Origin: a virus
DNA: 64,000 nucleotides
Strand: one strand, 5' to 3'
Virus record (IMG/VR): IMGVR_UViG_3300031957_002938
Coordinates: 25,659 to 89,658 of that record
The translations under genes were made by a program, and so were the position numbers. Of this stretch, positions 1-10,652 are shown in pieces; the stretch's first letter is position 1; each line of letters opens with the position of its first letter. The notes beneath the pieces were generated by a model, which saw only the letters and a list, made by a program, of their open reading frames with translations, was not told where the DNA came from and searched no databases.

Positions 1-414
1 AACACGGGTAAAGGTTTTCCCAACAACATCCATGCGGCTCTTTGCTGCATAGCGGCGATCAAAATCAACAGCGGCATCAAGAGTGTAAGTAGCTAACTTA
101 AGCTCGGAAGCTGTAGGAAGCACTTGGTTGCTTGGAAGACCACCTGCGTGACTTTGACTCCAAACTCTGACGTAATCTTCGTCAGCGATGTCGTAGTAAA
201 GATCAAGCGGGATGCTTGGGTTGTCATCCGCGTCAAATTGAAGCGAATTGAAAAGGTTGCTAACAGTAGGAGCGTTGTTGAGAACCTCGGCCAAAACTGG
301 TCCGATGAATTCAGCAAGTGCTACTTGAGCCTCGTATGCCACAGAGCGGTTACGAGAAGCCATAGCTTTTACAAGCTCGACTTGTTCTGGAGTTCTTTTT
401 AAAGTAATTTTCAT
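1..414 (-). CDS. Major capsid protein (N-terminal part, runs off the window)
   Basis: Not in the ORF track because it is open-ended. Reads MKITLKRTPEQVELVKAMASRNRSVAYEAQVALAEFIGPVLAEVLNNAPTVSNLF..., with an AAAGGA Shine-Dalgarno upstream. Lies downstream of portal, protease-scaffold and a head accessory gene. Confidence 0.75.
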   Translation of the reverse strand, partial: MKITLKRTPEQVELVKAMASRNRSVAYEAQVALAEFIGPVLAEVLNNAPTVSNLFNSLQFDADDNPSIPLDLYYDIADEDYVRVWSQSHAGGLPSNQVLPTASELKLATYTLDAAVDFDRRYAAKSRMDVVGKTFTRV

Positions 415-433
415 GTTATAAAGTCCTTTCTAA

Positions 434-1102
434 TTATGAGTTACAATCAAACGACACAACGATGTAATTACCAGAGAACTGATCTGTGGTAGGCCCAACA
501 TTGGAGCGTGTTCCTGTTCCGAGAACGTGACCAAAAACCTTATCCTCATCTACTAAGTCTCCAGTAGTAATATTAGCAAGTGCAACACTTGTAAAACCAG
601 TAATTTTACCAGCGTTAGAAGAGAGCTTGATCTTATTTCCTGGGGCGTAGCTTGTAATTGGTCCGTCGAAAGCAGCAGCAGCTAAAGTAAAGATTCCTTT
701 AGTTGCAATAGGAACAGCTTGCCCTGGGAGCATTGCTTGGAGTTCCTCTTGCTTTTGTGGATTGTAAAGCAGCTTTTCGCCGTTCTCATCGTTTTTAGCG
801 GTCTGATAAAGAGTCATACCAATAGCATGATCTTCGTCTTTAGCGCCTGTAACTTTAATATTAACTTCAGGATACATCTCTGTAGTTCCAAGGAACGGAT
901 AGCTGGTGTTACCCAAGTAGCTGTTCGTTTGGTAAGTTACAGGATCGTTATCGAAGTTACCGTCTGACACCTTCACAAATACGCCAGCATCGCCAGCGCC
1001 TGTTCCAGTGGTACTATCGAGAACATCACTATCAATGATAGAGTACATGTTCACGACATCGTGATCAGAGTATTGTCTGAATGGTAGAATACGTAATGCC
1101 AT
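434..1102 (-). CDS. Head decoration/cement-like structural protein
   Basis: 222 aa, Gly/Thr-rich, located between the protease-scaffold and the capsid gene. Confidence 0.55.
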   Translation of the reverse strand: MALRILPFRQYSDHDVVNMYSIIDSDVLDSTTGTGAGDAGVFVKVSDGNFDNDPVTYQTNSYLGNTSYPFLGTTEMYPEVNIKVTGAKDEDHAIGMTLYQTAKNDENGEKLLYNPQKQEELQAMLPGQAVPIATKGIFTLAAAAFDGPITSYAPGNKIKLSSNAGKITGFTSVALANITTGDLVDEDKVFGHVLGTGTRSNVGPTTDQFSGNYIVVSFDCNS

Positions 1103-1122
1103 AATTTTAGTTTTTTTTTAAA

Positions 1123-2613
1123 TTAAGAAATTTCAATGTTTTCGCGAGAAAAAGCAGATTTAAACTTATCCCGCAAAGAGGGTTCGTTAGATGCAACAGC
1201 CTCATTTGCATTAGAGACTTCTGCGTCTACAGGTTCAGCAGCGTCAAGAGCTTCTCCAATTTCGACTTCTTCAACAGAAGCGTTAGAGAGCTTTTTAGCT
1301 ACTTCTTCATCAATACGAGCTTGAATTTGAGAATTAAATTCTTCTTGGACCTCTTTGTTCTTGTTTTTCCAAAGAACATCGAGCTTAGAAGCGAAAGCTT
1401 CGTAAGAAGCATCATCATCTAAAGTTTTCAGTTCAGAGGCGAGAAACTCACGATCTTGATCATCAAGTTCGAATTTCTCGTCAATTTGGTCCATACGAGT
1501 GTTAAACGAAGCGATAGCTTTTTGAGCTTTCTCCTCATTTTCATAACCAGAAATGCGCTCGCTAGCGTTTCCTAGTTTTTCCTCAAGCGCCTTTACAGAA
1601 GCTTTAAGGTCTTCGTATTCTTTAATTTTATCTTCTTTTTCCAATCTCTCTGCTTCGAGATCCTTACGGTACTGTTCGTCCCGTTGACGGATTGCATCAG
1701 CAAAGGTATCAGTCATGGAAGCGACAGCTTCCTTTGAGAATTTCTTCTCATTCAGAAGATCCTTCAATTCATTTAGAGTATTTTCAAGTTCCATATCGAT
1801 AATGTTCTTTTGTGTGTTTACATTTAAATTATTATTTTGTGAAATTTTATCCCTCTTATCGTTTATAAAAATTTGAGTTTTTTCAGGAGGCTTCGAATAT
1901 AAACCTTTCACATCTGCTGCTGGATTTAATGTATAAGCGATGCCTAGCGGGTATATATCACCCATGATTAATCTGTTTATTTTCTCCCCTTTATCAGTCT
2001 TACCATTACCGCCATAACTCCTTAAATTACCTTGTAACTTAGCTATTTCTTCAGGATCAGATATAATTCTAGCCTCACTTAATTTGTCGCTGCCAACAGC
2101 TAAAACATAACTATTGAATCCAACTTCCCAACTAGCAGAAACCTTTTGATATTTATCGCTTTCAGAATCTAAGGAATTTTTTACTAAATTAGTAAAATTT
2201 GGGTTTACAGTCTTATATAAGACAGCTCCCAAAGAGATATTAAAAGGTTCTTTAACGGTTTTAACCTCCTCTTCCCCCATTAACTCACTAGACCCGAACT
2301 TGCTATAACCAGCAGAAACGATGTGTCCGACAATCTTTTGTTTATCATGCTCTATATTTGTAGGCTTATGAATAAACTTGTCAGTGTATTTTATGGCTGT
2401 AGATGTATCCATCCCATCACCATTTTTGTTAAATTCATTAATTACCGCAGCATTAAATGCGACACCCATCAAATCTACGTTTTCATCGTAGTTGATGTTA
2501 TCAGGCACTAAAGGCTCTAGATTTTCCAAAGAAGCTTTAGAAATCAAAGAAGCCTCGCTAATTTCACAAGAAATTAAAGGAGCTTGAAATGTTGTTGTAT
2601 ACTTATACTCCAT
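1123..2613 (-). CDS. Prohead protease-scaffold fusion
   Basis: N-terminal half has protease-like motifs (KPTNIEHD..IVGH, VSASWEV). C-terminal half is an acidic coiled coil. Likely start is MEYKY at 2613, not 2691. Confidence 0.7.
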   Translation of the reverse strand: MEYKYTTTFQAPLISCEISEASLISKASLENLEPLVPDNINYDENVDLMGVAFNAAVINEFNKNGDGMDTSTAIKYTDKFIHKPTNIEHDKQKIVGHIVSAGYSKFGSSELMGEEEVKTVKEPFNISLGAVLYKTVNPNFTNLVKNSLDSESDKYQKVSASWEVGFNSYVLAVGSDKLSEARIISDPEEIAKLQGNLRSYGGNGKTDKGEKINRLIMGDIYPLGIAYTLNPAADVKGLYSKPPEKTQIFINDKRDKISQNNNLNVNTQKNIIDMELENTLNELKDLLNEKKFSKEAVASMTDTFADAIRQRDEQYRKDLEAERLEKEDKIKEYEDLKASVKALEEKLGNASERISGYENEEKAQKAIASFNTRMDQIDEKFELDDQDREFLASELKTLDDDASYEAFASKLDVLWKNKNKEVQEEFNSQIQARIDEEVAKKLSNASVEEVEIGEALDAAEPVDAEVSNANEAVASNEPSLRDKFKSAFSRENIEIS

Positions 2614-2986
2614 CGCTATATTTTTTAGCCGCGATATCAGTAAGTAGTTGAGCGTAACTCTTTTTGTCAGACTTTTCCTTCTTTTTGCCATCTTTATAGC
2701 CAGCCTTCATCTTTTCTTCAGAATCTTTGTCGAACTTCATGTCTTTTTTAAGATCCTTTTTTTCAGCATCTTTTTTCTCTGAAGGAGCGCCTTTATCGAG
2801 TTTTTTCATTTTGCTCTTGTCATCCTTAACAGCATCTTTTTCATGTTCGACTTTTTCTTTTTTGCTGTCTTTCTTCAGTTCTTTGGTATCGATCTTATCA
2901 TACTGCTTCTTTGTCATTGCGGCTTCGATCTCTTCTGAAGAAATAGATACTTCAATTTCTGTAGACTTAAAATTATTGTTTTTCAT
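2603..2986 (-). CDS. Lys/Asp-rich low-complexity protein (possible internal head protein)
   Basis: 127 aa, extremely charged, overlaps both neighbours in the head operon. Confidence 0.6.
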   Translation of the reverse strand: MKNNNFKSTEIEVSISSEEIEAAMTKKQYDKIDTKELKKDSKKEKVEHEKDAVKDDKSKMKKLDKGAPSEKKDAEKKDLKKDMKFDKDSEEKMKAGYKDGKKKEKSDKKSYAQLLTDIAAKKYSDGV

Positions 2987-4931
2987 GGCTGTGATATAAA
3001 ATTGCGGCTGGGTAAGTTTCTAAAGTATGTTGAGCTGAAATATCTAAAACTTCTTTTAAAGTGTCTAAATTTTCAATTTCGTTAAAGTCTTTTACACAAG
3101 ATTCTAACGTTTCGCCCCAATATTCTTTATTATGGGAACAAACGATGGATTCACATAAATTCGACACCATCTCTTCTTGGGCTTGACTAAGCTTAGAAAC
3201 TTTAAGATGAGATATCATTTTATCTTTTGCATCATGAACAAAGCTGTCTATATCATAAATAGTTTTTTGTATATTTGATCTAGAATATTTAGCATTAGCC
3301 AAGGGGATGTCAGTTGTTCCTTCTGGCCTACCTGCTTCTTTTCTAGGCCCACTAGCTTTATCATCTGGAGAATATACAGGCACTCCACCCACAATTGGGT
3401 TGTAGTAACCTTTTTCTCTGTCTTCCAAGAAGTCTTGTTGTGCAGAGTCTAATTGATCTGGCTCTGGGAATTTACCATTATGGAACATTTCCATTCCTTG
3501 CTCTGGAGTAATAATTCCAAGCTCCATAAGCCTTGTAGATGCTCTCATCAGTTGCACCTCATCTCTCATATCAATGTCCTTCATCTTAGCTTCTGGCCAT
3601 GAGCGGAATCCTAAGTCTTTAGCTATTCTTTTAATCTCTTTGTTTAAGAAATCATTTAAAAATCCATATCTAGACTCTTGTAGCCTATCAATAAATATTT
3701 GAGCCTTTACTTGAGTAGAATTAAACTTTTCTTCTCCAACTACGATATTCTGCAAGCCCTGCTTGATATCCTCGTTAAGTATTTGATATTTTTGAGGACC
3801 GAGAACTAGGTTTAGTTCAGGAATGATAAATTCTGCTTTAGTCGTGTAATCAGAAACCAACACGCGCCCGACACTCTCGTTTTTAAACAAGTTTTGCATA
3901 GCAGCCATGTTATTTGGGTTTACCCCTCCTTTTTCTGGATCAGCACCCATAGTGATAAGTAAAATAACATTCTCTACAGTTCTAGTGATGGCTTGGTCCA
4001 TTTTCTTCAACTCCATCTTGGCGTTGATATCTTCAAGGACAGGGAAACCAAAAGGAACCGCAAATGGCTCATAGTCTTGTTTTTTATAAAAAGAGTAAGA
4101 TAACCTTTTAGGGTCTAAGTTTATTTTAATACCTTTATTACTATAAGATCCGTTATTGATAGAATCTTTAATCTCTGGGTCTAGAGCTTCAAATATAGCT
4201 AAGTCTTCTTCTGTTTGAGGGCTTCCAAGTCGCGCTATCTCATATTCAGATAATACCTTTTGGTATACACCCCCGTTAGTAAATGTTGTTGACCTTCTAG
4301 CAATAACATCGTAAGGATTTAGAAGAATATATTTTAAAGGAACTTTATTTGCGGTAGCTCCGATATTGCCTACTTGGTTAATTAATCTAGCATAATCGTC
4401 TGCTTTAAATTTGCCATCAATTCTATATAAAAAGATATTACCACTTCTGTAATATTCTCTAAAATATTGGTCTTTAAGCCCGATAATGTTAACTTTTTTA
4501 AACCACTCGTAAAAAAACTCCCTGCTCTTTTTACTGCCCCCTTCTAAGTAAATGTCAGTGTTTGTGAACTCTGACATTATATCAATTGCGTTTCTAAATA
4601 CAGCTACATTACAATAAGCTTTTTGGCACAGCTCAATAGCATCTCTACAAGTAACTCCATCAGCACCATACTCATAAGGCAGCAATCCCCTACGGATGCT
4701 TGAGAACCTCTCTTTTTGAGTCACATAGGCAGATCTGTTTGTTCTAGACCCACTGAAAGTGCTTGTGGAAGCTCCTTGCCTTCTAGCTTCAGATGTAGAA
4801 CTATAAGAGGCATCGGAAGTATAAAAAGGTTCTCCTAAAAGTTCTGGAGAAGGTTCTTCTCCGATAGTCTGTGATGGGTGAGTGAATTTATCCCAATAAT
4901 CAGAGCGCTTGGTGTATTTTCTTTTAGCCAT
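2973..4931 (-). CDS. Portal protein
   Basis: 652 aa directly downstream of TerL and upstream of the protease, with a portal-like size and position and a C-terminal GRP motif. Confidence 0.75.
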   Translation of the reverse strand: MAKRKYTKRSDYWDKFTHPSQTIGEEPSPELLGEPFYTSDASYSSTSEARRQGASTSTFSGSRTNRSAYVTQKERFSSIRRGLLPYEYGADGVTCRDAIELCQKAYCNVAVFRNAIDIMSEFTNTDIYLEGGSKKSREFFYEWFKKVNIIGLKDQYFREYYRSGNIFLYRIDGKFKADDYARLINQVGNIGATANKVPLKYILLNPYDVIARRSTTFTNGGVYQKVLSEYEIARLGSPQTEEDLAIFEALDPEIKDSINNGSYSNKGIKINLDPKRLSYSFYKKQDYEPFAVPFGFPVLEDINAKMELKKMDQAITRTVENVILLITMGADPEKGGVNPNNMAAMQNLFKNESVGRVLVSDYTTKAEFIIPELNLVLGPQKYQILNEDIKQGLQNIVVGEEKFNSTQVKAQIFIDRLQESRYGFLNDFLNKEIKRIAKDLGFRSWPEAKMKDIDMRDEVQLMRASTRLMELGIITPEQGMEMFHNGKFPEPDQLDSAQQDFLEDREKGYYNPIVGGVPVYSPDDKASGPRKEAGRPEGTTDIPLANAKYSRSNIQKTIYDIDSFVHDAKDKMISHLKVSKLSQAQEEMVSNLCESIVCSHNKEYWGETLESCVKDFNEIENLDTLKEVLDISAQHTLETYPAAILYHSHEKQ

Positions 4932-4979
4932 AAATATAATTTATCTTACACGACAAAGTTAACTTTCAACTTTTAAAAG

Positions 4980-6845
4980 TTAAGAAATAAACATCGGAGT
5001 GAAAGTCGTTTGGGTATCAGAGATATCATCAGACTCCATATCATAAAAAATATTCATCATCCAATTACCTAGCACTAAAGCTGAATAAGAGTCTTTTCTG
5101 GCTTTATCAGCCCCACTTTGTTTTCTCAAGTTACGTGGTAAATCAAAACTTTGTGTGCCTTGGGCAGAAGTCGTAATTTGCACCAAAGCACACTGAACTT
5201 TTATTAAGTCCATCATATCTTTTTGATGCTCTACAAAATCAATCATTCTAGCTCCTTTACCCCCTTTATCATTATTATCACCTTTAATGAACTTTAAATC
5301 ATCTATCGGGACTCTAGATTTCCTTTGATTGTTATAATCGTCATTCATTGCCGCTCCTGCGAAAAATATTCTTTTATGATCGAATGCTGATTGTAAAGAT
5401 TCGTTAGCTAGCCTGATCCATGCCGAAGTCGGCTTCCGAAGAAACACAAATTTCTTTTCTGACTTATTATATTGATTTTTAAGCCTTCTTAAGTTTTTAT
5501 CATAGTCTTTAGATTTATCTAGGTCGGCTTCTATGACACCAAGATTTAAATTTTTCTTTTTAAAGATTTCACTCTCATTGCAGGAGTTAATAAATTGAAC
5601 TCCTCCATTGTAGTCACCTACTACAGCAGCTACATTAAAGTGGGTCAATACGTAAGCCATGTATTTAATATGTGTTTTTAAACTCGATCCAGAAAGCGCA
5701 TAGCTATGGACAGCAGTTCCTTTTCTAGTGTCACGATTCAATTTTATTAAAAGCATCGCGAAATCGTCTGAACTTTCGCTTTCAGACCAAGAGGGGTCAA
5801 AAGCTAGAATATATTCATCTTTGGGATTACCCACAACCTCCACACATTGCCCTTCTCCGTCTGGTATCGTGCAAGCAGCCATCTTACTAACCTTAAAGTA
5901 TCCAGAGCTGTCATCTGTGAATATAGCACCAAACTCCCTGTCAAACTGGGAATCACTCATGGTGGATTTAGATTGATTGATTAGACTCTGATCATACAAC
6001 TGTTCAGGAGCGCAATCATAACTAAAATGCATTATTGTTCTGTGTGCTCCGTCTTGCTTTTTTTTATTTAAGATAAGAGCTTCATATTGCTGATAGATTT
6101 TATATAAATATTCAAATTTATAAGAAGCCGAGGATAAACCAATAATTTTGTTATTAGGCCACCTTTTTCTTTCTTCTTGTTTCATTTTACCCTGCTCAAT
6201 CATCTGGGTTTCTAAATCATAAACCTCTTGACGTTCTGTAGGGTTTTCCACAACAGATAGGAATGGTATGATAACCTCATTGTAAATTTTTTCAGGCATC
6301 AACAATAACTCATCAATAATCATTCTTTGGAATCGGAAACCCCTTAACTTTTCTCCATCTCCCAAAGGAAGCGCTCTGATACTACTTCTGCCGATCTCCA
6401 TAACCCACTCATCGTTCATCTTAGATGTTCTAGTTATGCATTGAGAAAAGAAAGTAGCCTTGGGGCTTTTTGCTATATCTTCGATCTTTTTGAAAATCAT
6501 TTTAGATTGCCTAAAAGACTTAGACAAAATACCTATCTGCACCCCCTGATTGAGAATAGCGTCTAATAGCGCGAAAACGCCCGTAGAGAAGCTTTTGGAC
6601 ATTCCCCGACTCCATATCCCCAAAAAGTAGTCAGACTCCATCATGGCCTTAATAGCCATATGCTGGAATGGGAATAATTTAACCCCTGTAAACAATTCAC
6701 AAGCAAAAGAAGGATTTTCCCTCAAGAATTTATAAAGCAAAACTTTCGCTTCAGTTTCCTCTATAAAACCCTCTTTTTCGAGAATATCTTTGTTTATATC
6801 CTTGTACTGTCGGTGTAGTTTCTGTTTTCCTGTTTCCCAAGCCAT
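4980..6845 (-). CDS. terL: Terminase large subunit
   Basis: LFPFQ Q-motif, Walker A-like SRGMSKS, LRGFRF, Walker B IIDE, RNase H-like AFDPS...DD and RKD motifs. Confidence 0.9.
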   Translation of the reverse strand: MAWETGKQKLHRQYKDINKDILEKEGFIEETEAKVLLYKFLRENPSFACELFTGVKLFPFQHMAIKAMMESDYFLGIWSRGMSKSFSTGVFALLDAILNQGVQIGILSKSFRQSKMIFKKIEDIAKSPKATFFSQCITRTSKMNDEWVMEIGRSSIRALPLGDGEKLRGFRFQRMIIDELLLMPEKIYNEVIIPFLSVVENPTERQEVYDLETQMIEQGKMKQEERKRWPNNKIIGLSSASYKFEYLYKIYQQYEALILNKKKQDGAHRTIMHFSYDCAPEQLYDQSLINQSKSTMSDSQFDREFGAIFTDDSSGYFKVSKMAACTIPDGEGQCVEVVGNPKDEYILAFDPSWSESESSDDFAMLLIKLNRDTRKGTAVHSYALSGSSLKTHIKYMAYVLTHFNVAAVVGDYNGGVQFINSCNESEIFKKKNLNLGVIEADLDKSKDYDKNLRRLKNQYNKSEKKFVFLRKPTSAWIRLANESLQSAFDHKRIFFAGAAMNDDYNNQRKSRVPIDDLKFIKGDNNDKGGKGARMIDFVEHQKDMMDLIKVQCALVQITTSAQGTQSFDLPRNLRKQSGADKARKDSYSALVLGNWMMNIFYDMESDDISDTQTTFTPMFIS

Positions 6846-7761
6846 CTTTTTTTAATTGTTTGTCCCAAAAATACTGAAGGTCTACTGCCCAGAGCTTCGT
6901 GCCTAAAACAAGAATTTTAGGAATTAGTTCTTCGCTTTTTTCTCTAGACCCACTAAACACAAATTGACAGCAGTCTGTATACTCTGCCTGTATTTCACGC
7001 ATCCTATGATAAACATAATCTAATTTAAATTTTTTGTATACCTGTTTATTAACAGCCCACATTTGGTCGAAAGCTGTTTCTATCACTATAAACAAGTAAC
7101 AACCCGTAGATCTGCACCTATCTAATTCTTTTAAGAACCGATTGTATCCATTTGTGACAGTAGAACAAAAATCCTGGTAAGACTTCCTATCCACGAATGT
7201 ATAGTCATATAAATCGCCCCCCACTGCATAATCCCCGACATCAAGCTTCAACAACTTAGAATTGGTGAAATGCAGGGGCTTCTGCTCTCTTGTATCTATC
7301 AGTATGGGTGTATCTGAATAATCTTTGTTGAATTGCTTCGGCAGAGGTTCGGAAAGCATGGGTTTCATGTCTAACTGTTTACATGTCTCTTTGTAGCTGC
7401 CGAAGATCTGTTTACACAGATCTATGTCTGGCAGATTGCTAGTGAGTAGGTAAGTGGACGGGGGTCCAGACGAAACCGCTTTGGAAAGGAATTTTTTGTC
7501 TAAGGATGCGACAATGAAATCTTTAACTTCCTCCTTTGGTGCTTGGAGACACCATTTTTTCATATTTCTTTTATTTATGAAATCTGTAGCGAAATACTGT
7601 TTATAATTTTTAAAAGGTATTAACTCTCCAGTTAACTTGTCTTTTCTTCCGTAATTCTCGACATAGTAGTCTCCCAACAGTTTACCGTGCTTTCTCATGT
7701 GAGAATGCAGTCCTTTTAAGGAATCAAATGAATCCCCACATATTTTACATTTATATGACAT
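6751..7761 (-). CDS. ERCC4/XPF-family nuclease with N-terminal C2H2 zinc finger
   Basis: CKICG...HSHMRKH zinc finger; IDTREQ...LDVGDY...DRKS..D ERCC4 signature. Confidence 0.8.
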   Translation of the reverse strand: MSYKCKICGDSFDSLKGLHSHMRKHGKLLGDYYVENYGRKDKLTGELIPFKNYKQYFATDFINKRNMKKWCLQAPKEEVKDFIVASLDKKFLSKAVSSGPPSTYLLTSNLPDIDLCKQIFGSYKETCKQLDMKPMLSEPLPKQFNKDYSDTPILIDTREQKPLHFTNSKLLKLDVGDYAVGGDLYDYTFVDRKSYQDFCSTVTNGYNRFLKELDRCRSTGCYLFIVIETAFDQMWAVNKQVYKKFKLDYVYHRMREIQAEYTDCCQFVFSGSREKSEELIPKILVLGTKLWAVDLQYFWDKQLKKDGLGNRKTETTPTVQGYKQRYSRKRGFYRGN

Positions 7762-8800
7762 CTTGCTGTCCTATTCCCAAAACTCTTGCTTTCCATTCTG
7801 CCATACCCTCTAATCTTTCCGCTTCCTGCTTCACAGCCTCCTTTTGCATCTCTGCAATTCTTACCATTGTTTCTCTTTCTTCCTCTTCTTGGAAAAGTTG
7901 CACTATAGACAAAAACGAAGCATTTTCTTTGTTCATCTTCTTCATCCTTTCGCTTCTGTCTCCTTGAAGCTTTTTTGTCAGGTTCTCGATGCGGGTTTCA
8001 CATTGATGATACTCTCCGCTCTTAGCTTTGATGATTTCAGCCAACCTGATAGACATTTCTTGCTGCTCGTCAGCATCATCGAACATGCTATTCAGTTTGT
8101 TCAAGTGAGCGCTAATAACTTCTAAGTTTATGACTTCCTTGCACACGTTTAAATACAAATTTATTTCGTCTGCGGTTAAGTCGGGTTTATCCCAAGTCAA
8201 TCGAGTAAATTCGTGTTCGAACAACACTCGATCCTCTTGATTTAAATAATTGTTAATAATTTTAAGAAATCTTGAGTTAGAAAAGTTAACCCCTAGTTTT
8301 TCTACGCAAATTTGTTTTTGTCTATTAAGTTTTGATTCATCTAACCTCAAACCAGTGGCATCATTGATTTTTTTGATGATTCGTGATGAAGACTTCGGTG
8401 CAATGTATGAATTGAGAGCGCCTGAATCTTGAGAAGGTAAAATGTCAGGATTTACCTCTCTAATTTGCGACAGAACAGCTCTTTGCTCATTACTCAATGG
8501 TCTTACAGATCTAGACGGAAAAACTATGCGAGCTATCTCTAAAGAAGACAACCCTTCTCCAGCTTGTTGAATTATAAAATCTTTTTGCTCTTTTGTGAAT
8601 TCTATAGTCTCGGTAGGCATTCTCGCTGTAGTTTTGAAATCTATAGAATTTTCTACCAAAAATTTTCTTACAGCCCTACCTTCTTTGGACCTTCCGTCTA
8701 AAGAATCGTCTTCGAAACACTGTTTCGTTAAATCAATTAGATCAGGGATCTTTGATGCGTTCTCCCTTAAAAAATCCTTCTGTTCTTTAGTTAGATCCAT
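7751..8800 (-). CDS. HTH/coiled-coil protein, candidate terminase small subunit
   Basis: GLSSLEIARIVF HTH-like segment, helical C-terminus, position upstream of TerL. Confidence 0.4.
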   Translation of the reverse strand: MDLTKEQKDFLRENASKIPDLIDLTKQCFEDDSLDGRSKEGRAVRKFLVENSIDFKTTARMPTETIEFTKEQKDFIIQQAGEGLSSLEIARIVFPSRSVRPLSNEQRAVLSQIREVNPDILPSQDSGALNSYIAPKSSSRIIKKINDATGLRLDESKLNRQKQICVEKLGVNFSNSRFLKIINNYLNQEDRVLFEHEFTRLTWDKPDLTADEINLYLNVCKEVINLEVISAHLNKLNSMFDDADEQQEMSIRLAEIIKAKSGEYHQCETRIENLTKKLQGDRSERMKKMNKENASFLSIVQLFQEEEERETMVRIAEMQKEAVKQEAERLEGMAEWKARVLGIGQQDVI

Positions 8801-9461
8801 CTCCTATAATATCTTGGTCCCTAAGTATTTCCATAGCTACCTGTAGGAACTTCTTTTTTAAATTTTTTACTTGTCTATAGCCAAGTTTTCTTTTTTGAGC
8901 AGAAATTTTGTAACCCATGAACTTAGCTACGTCTTCTTCACTGTTTTTTTCGAAATACAACATCCTATACGCAGTATAATGAATATTACTTAAACGAATT
9001 TTCATTTGACCGTTTAACCTCTCTAAAGATACAGTAAAATCAAAATCTATGTATTCTTTACCTTTTACCTCTTTAACAAAATCTTCAGTGGAAAGTGGTA
9101 ACTTAACTTCTAAAGCTGATTTTTTTGTTTTTTTCCATTTTTGACATATAGGGCAAGTTGATGAATCATGATCTGGCTCATGTTGCTTGGGACAAGGGTT
9201 AACATAATTGCCGTAGTGATTTCTCACTAGGTTTCTTATTTGATTAGATATTATTCTACCAATCCAAGGTTCAAGAGGTCTTTCTTGATCCCACATATGC
9301 CACTTCTTAGAAATGTGCAATTTGATGATTTGCTGAACATCATCGAAGTCAAACCATTTTACAGCGTTAAGTCTCCACTTATATTGCTGTTTTTTAATCG
9401 CTGCGTCAATTACTTCAGAAAAGTCTTCATAAGTATACTCACCCTTCTTTTTTCTTTTCAT
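8787..9461 (-). CDS. Phage sigma-factor-like protein (ECF-like)
   Basis: Region-2-like DDVQQ...LEPWIGRIISNQIRNLVR, Cys/His insert, region-4-like HTH SEEDVAKFMG. Confidence 0.65.
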   Translation of the reverse strand: MKRKKKGEYTYEDFSEVIDAAIKKQQYKWRLNAVKWFDFDDVQQIIKLHISKKWHMWDQERPLEPWIGRIISNQIRNLVRNHYGNYVNPCPKQHEPDHDSSTCPICQKWKKTKKSALEVKLPLSTEDFVKEVKGKEYIDFDFTVSLERLNGQMKIRLSNIHYTAYRMLYFEKNSEEDVAKFMGYKISAQKRKLGYRQVKNLKKKFLQVAMEILRDQDIIGDGSN

Positions 9462-9789
9462 CAATAAATTCATTAATAGATCTAGCCCTCTTAGCCCGAC
9501 CCTGATCGGAGTTAGTTGACTCGCCTACCAATGAACCAAAAGTCATAGGACTTTTGTCAGACGCTTGGACTTCTACTTCAAAATTTGAAATTGTAGGTAC
9601 ACTCTCTGCATCTGTCTCGTCTTGAGAAATAACTACAGATTTTTCTAGCACAGGCATACCTGCTGAAGTGTTGGTCGAAGTTGTAGAAGCTAAAGAGTTA
9701 AGTTGTATACCACACTTCCCACAAAAATTAGGTTTTGCATTAGCATAAGAAAGTTTCGCACCGCAACTGTGACAAAATAGATGAGCCAT
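9439..9789 (-). CDS. Zinc-ribbon protein
   Basis: FCHSCG...PNFCGKCG. Confidence 0.7.
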   Translation of the reverse strand: MAHLFCHSCGAKLSYANAKPNFCGKCGIQLNSLASTTSTNTSAGMPVLEKSVVISQDETDAESVPTISNFEVEVQASDKSPMTFGSLVGESTNSDQGRAKRARSINEFIDEKKKEG

Positions 9790-9912
9790 ACTATATATTT
9801 ATATAATTAAAATTAAATTTTTCAAAAAAAGAAAAACAAGGCTTGTGTCTTTTATGTTTGTAGCAGTTCGCCGCTTGCGCGTAACACTTTTTTCTTGCTT
9901 TAATATATAATA

Positions 9913-10629
9913 TTACACTTTCTTGCCTTTTTCTAACTTAGAAATGATAAATTTTAATATTTTGCTTCTAACAATATCGTTTTTGTTAAATGAAAAACAA
10001 CTTATACCGTTTTCTTTAGACTCATCATCAGAAAATATATCAAACATATCTTTAAACCCAGTCTTACCATTAATATCGCTCTGCATAAAGTCTCCGCATA
10101 TACACAGCTTAGTATCTTCTCCGATACGAGTGATTAATGTAGTTAATTCTTTGAACGTAAAGTTTTGAGCTTCATCCGCTACAATTAACTTATTGTTCCA
10201 GTTAGCGCCCCTCAAAAAGTTTATAGGTATAGCGGATACTCTTTCCTTCTGTTTTAAGAACGCTGTATCTCCCTCATGTATTATTTCTTCCAATTTATCA
10301 TATAGAGGTAGAGTGAAAGGGTTAAACTTTTCAGACATATCTCCAGGAAGACTCCCTAACCCTTTATCTGCGCTTTCTACAATGCTTCTGATGTAAAGAA
10401 GGTCTTTCTCGTTATCTTCAGCCATTAAACGTAAACAACCATATAAAGACATGTATGTTTTACTAGAACCCGCTGGCCCAGACACAAACATGATTTTTAC
10501 TTCAGGATCTAGCAGAGTCGCTAGAAATTTGCGTTGATTCGGGGTGAACTTAAATTTCCTCTCTTTGAATTTAATAGAGAAGAATGTATGAGGCTCTAGA
10601 CGAAAATTAGACAATTTTTTAAGTGCCAT
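9913..10629 (-). CDS. phoH: PhoH-family ATPase
   Basis: GPAGSSKT, LGSLPGD, FLRG, DEAQN, TRIG, GDFMQSD, DIVRS. Confidence 0.93.
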   Translation of the reverse strand: MALKKLSNFRLEPHTFFSIKFKERKFKFTPNQRKFLATLLDPEVKIMFVSGPAGSSKTYMSLYGCLRLMAEDNEKDLLYIRSIVESADKGLGSLPGDMSEKFNPFTLPLYDKLEEIIHEGDTAFLKQKERVSAIPINFLRGANWNNKLIVADEAQNFTFKELTTLITRIGEDTKLCICGDFMQSDINGKTGFKDMFDIFSDDESKENGISCFSFNKNDIVRSKILKFIISKLEKGKKV

Positions 10630-10652
10630 ATGTAATATACATTACACTGAAA

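Noticed and set aside
9913-9918. GTGTAA at the end of phoH as a late promoter
   Set aside because: It is also simply the Val-stop codon pair of phoH and lies about 120 nt from the next ATG, so it was not counted.
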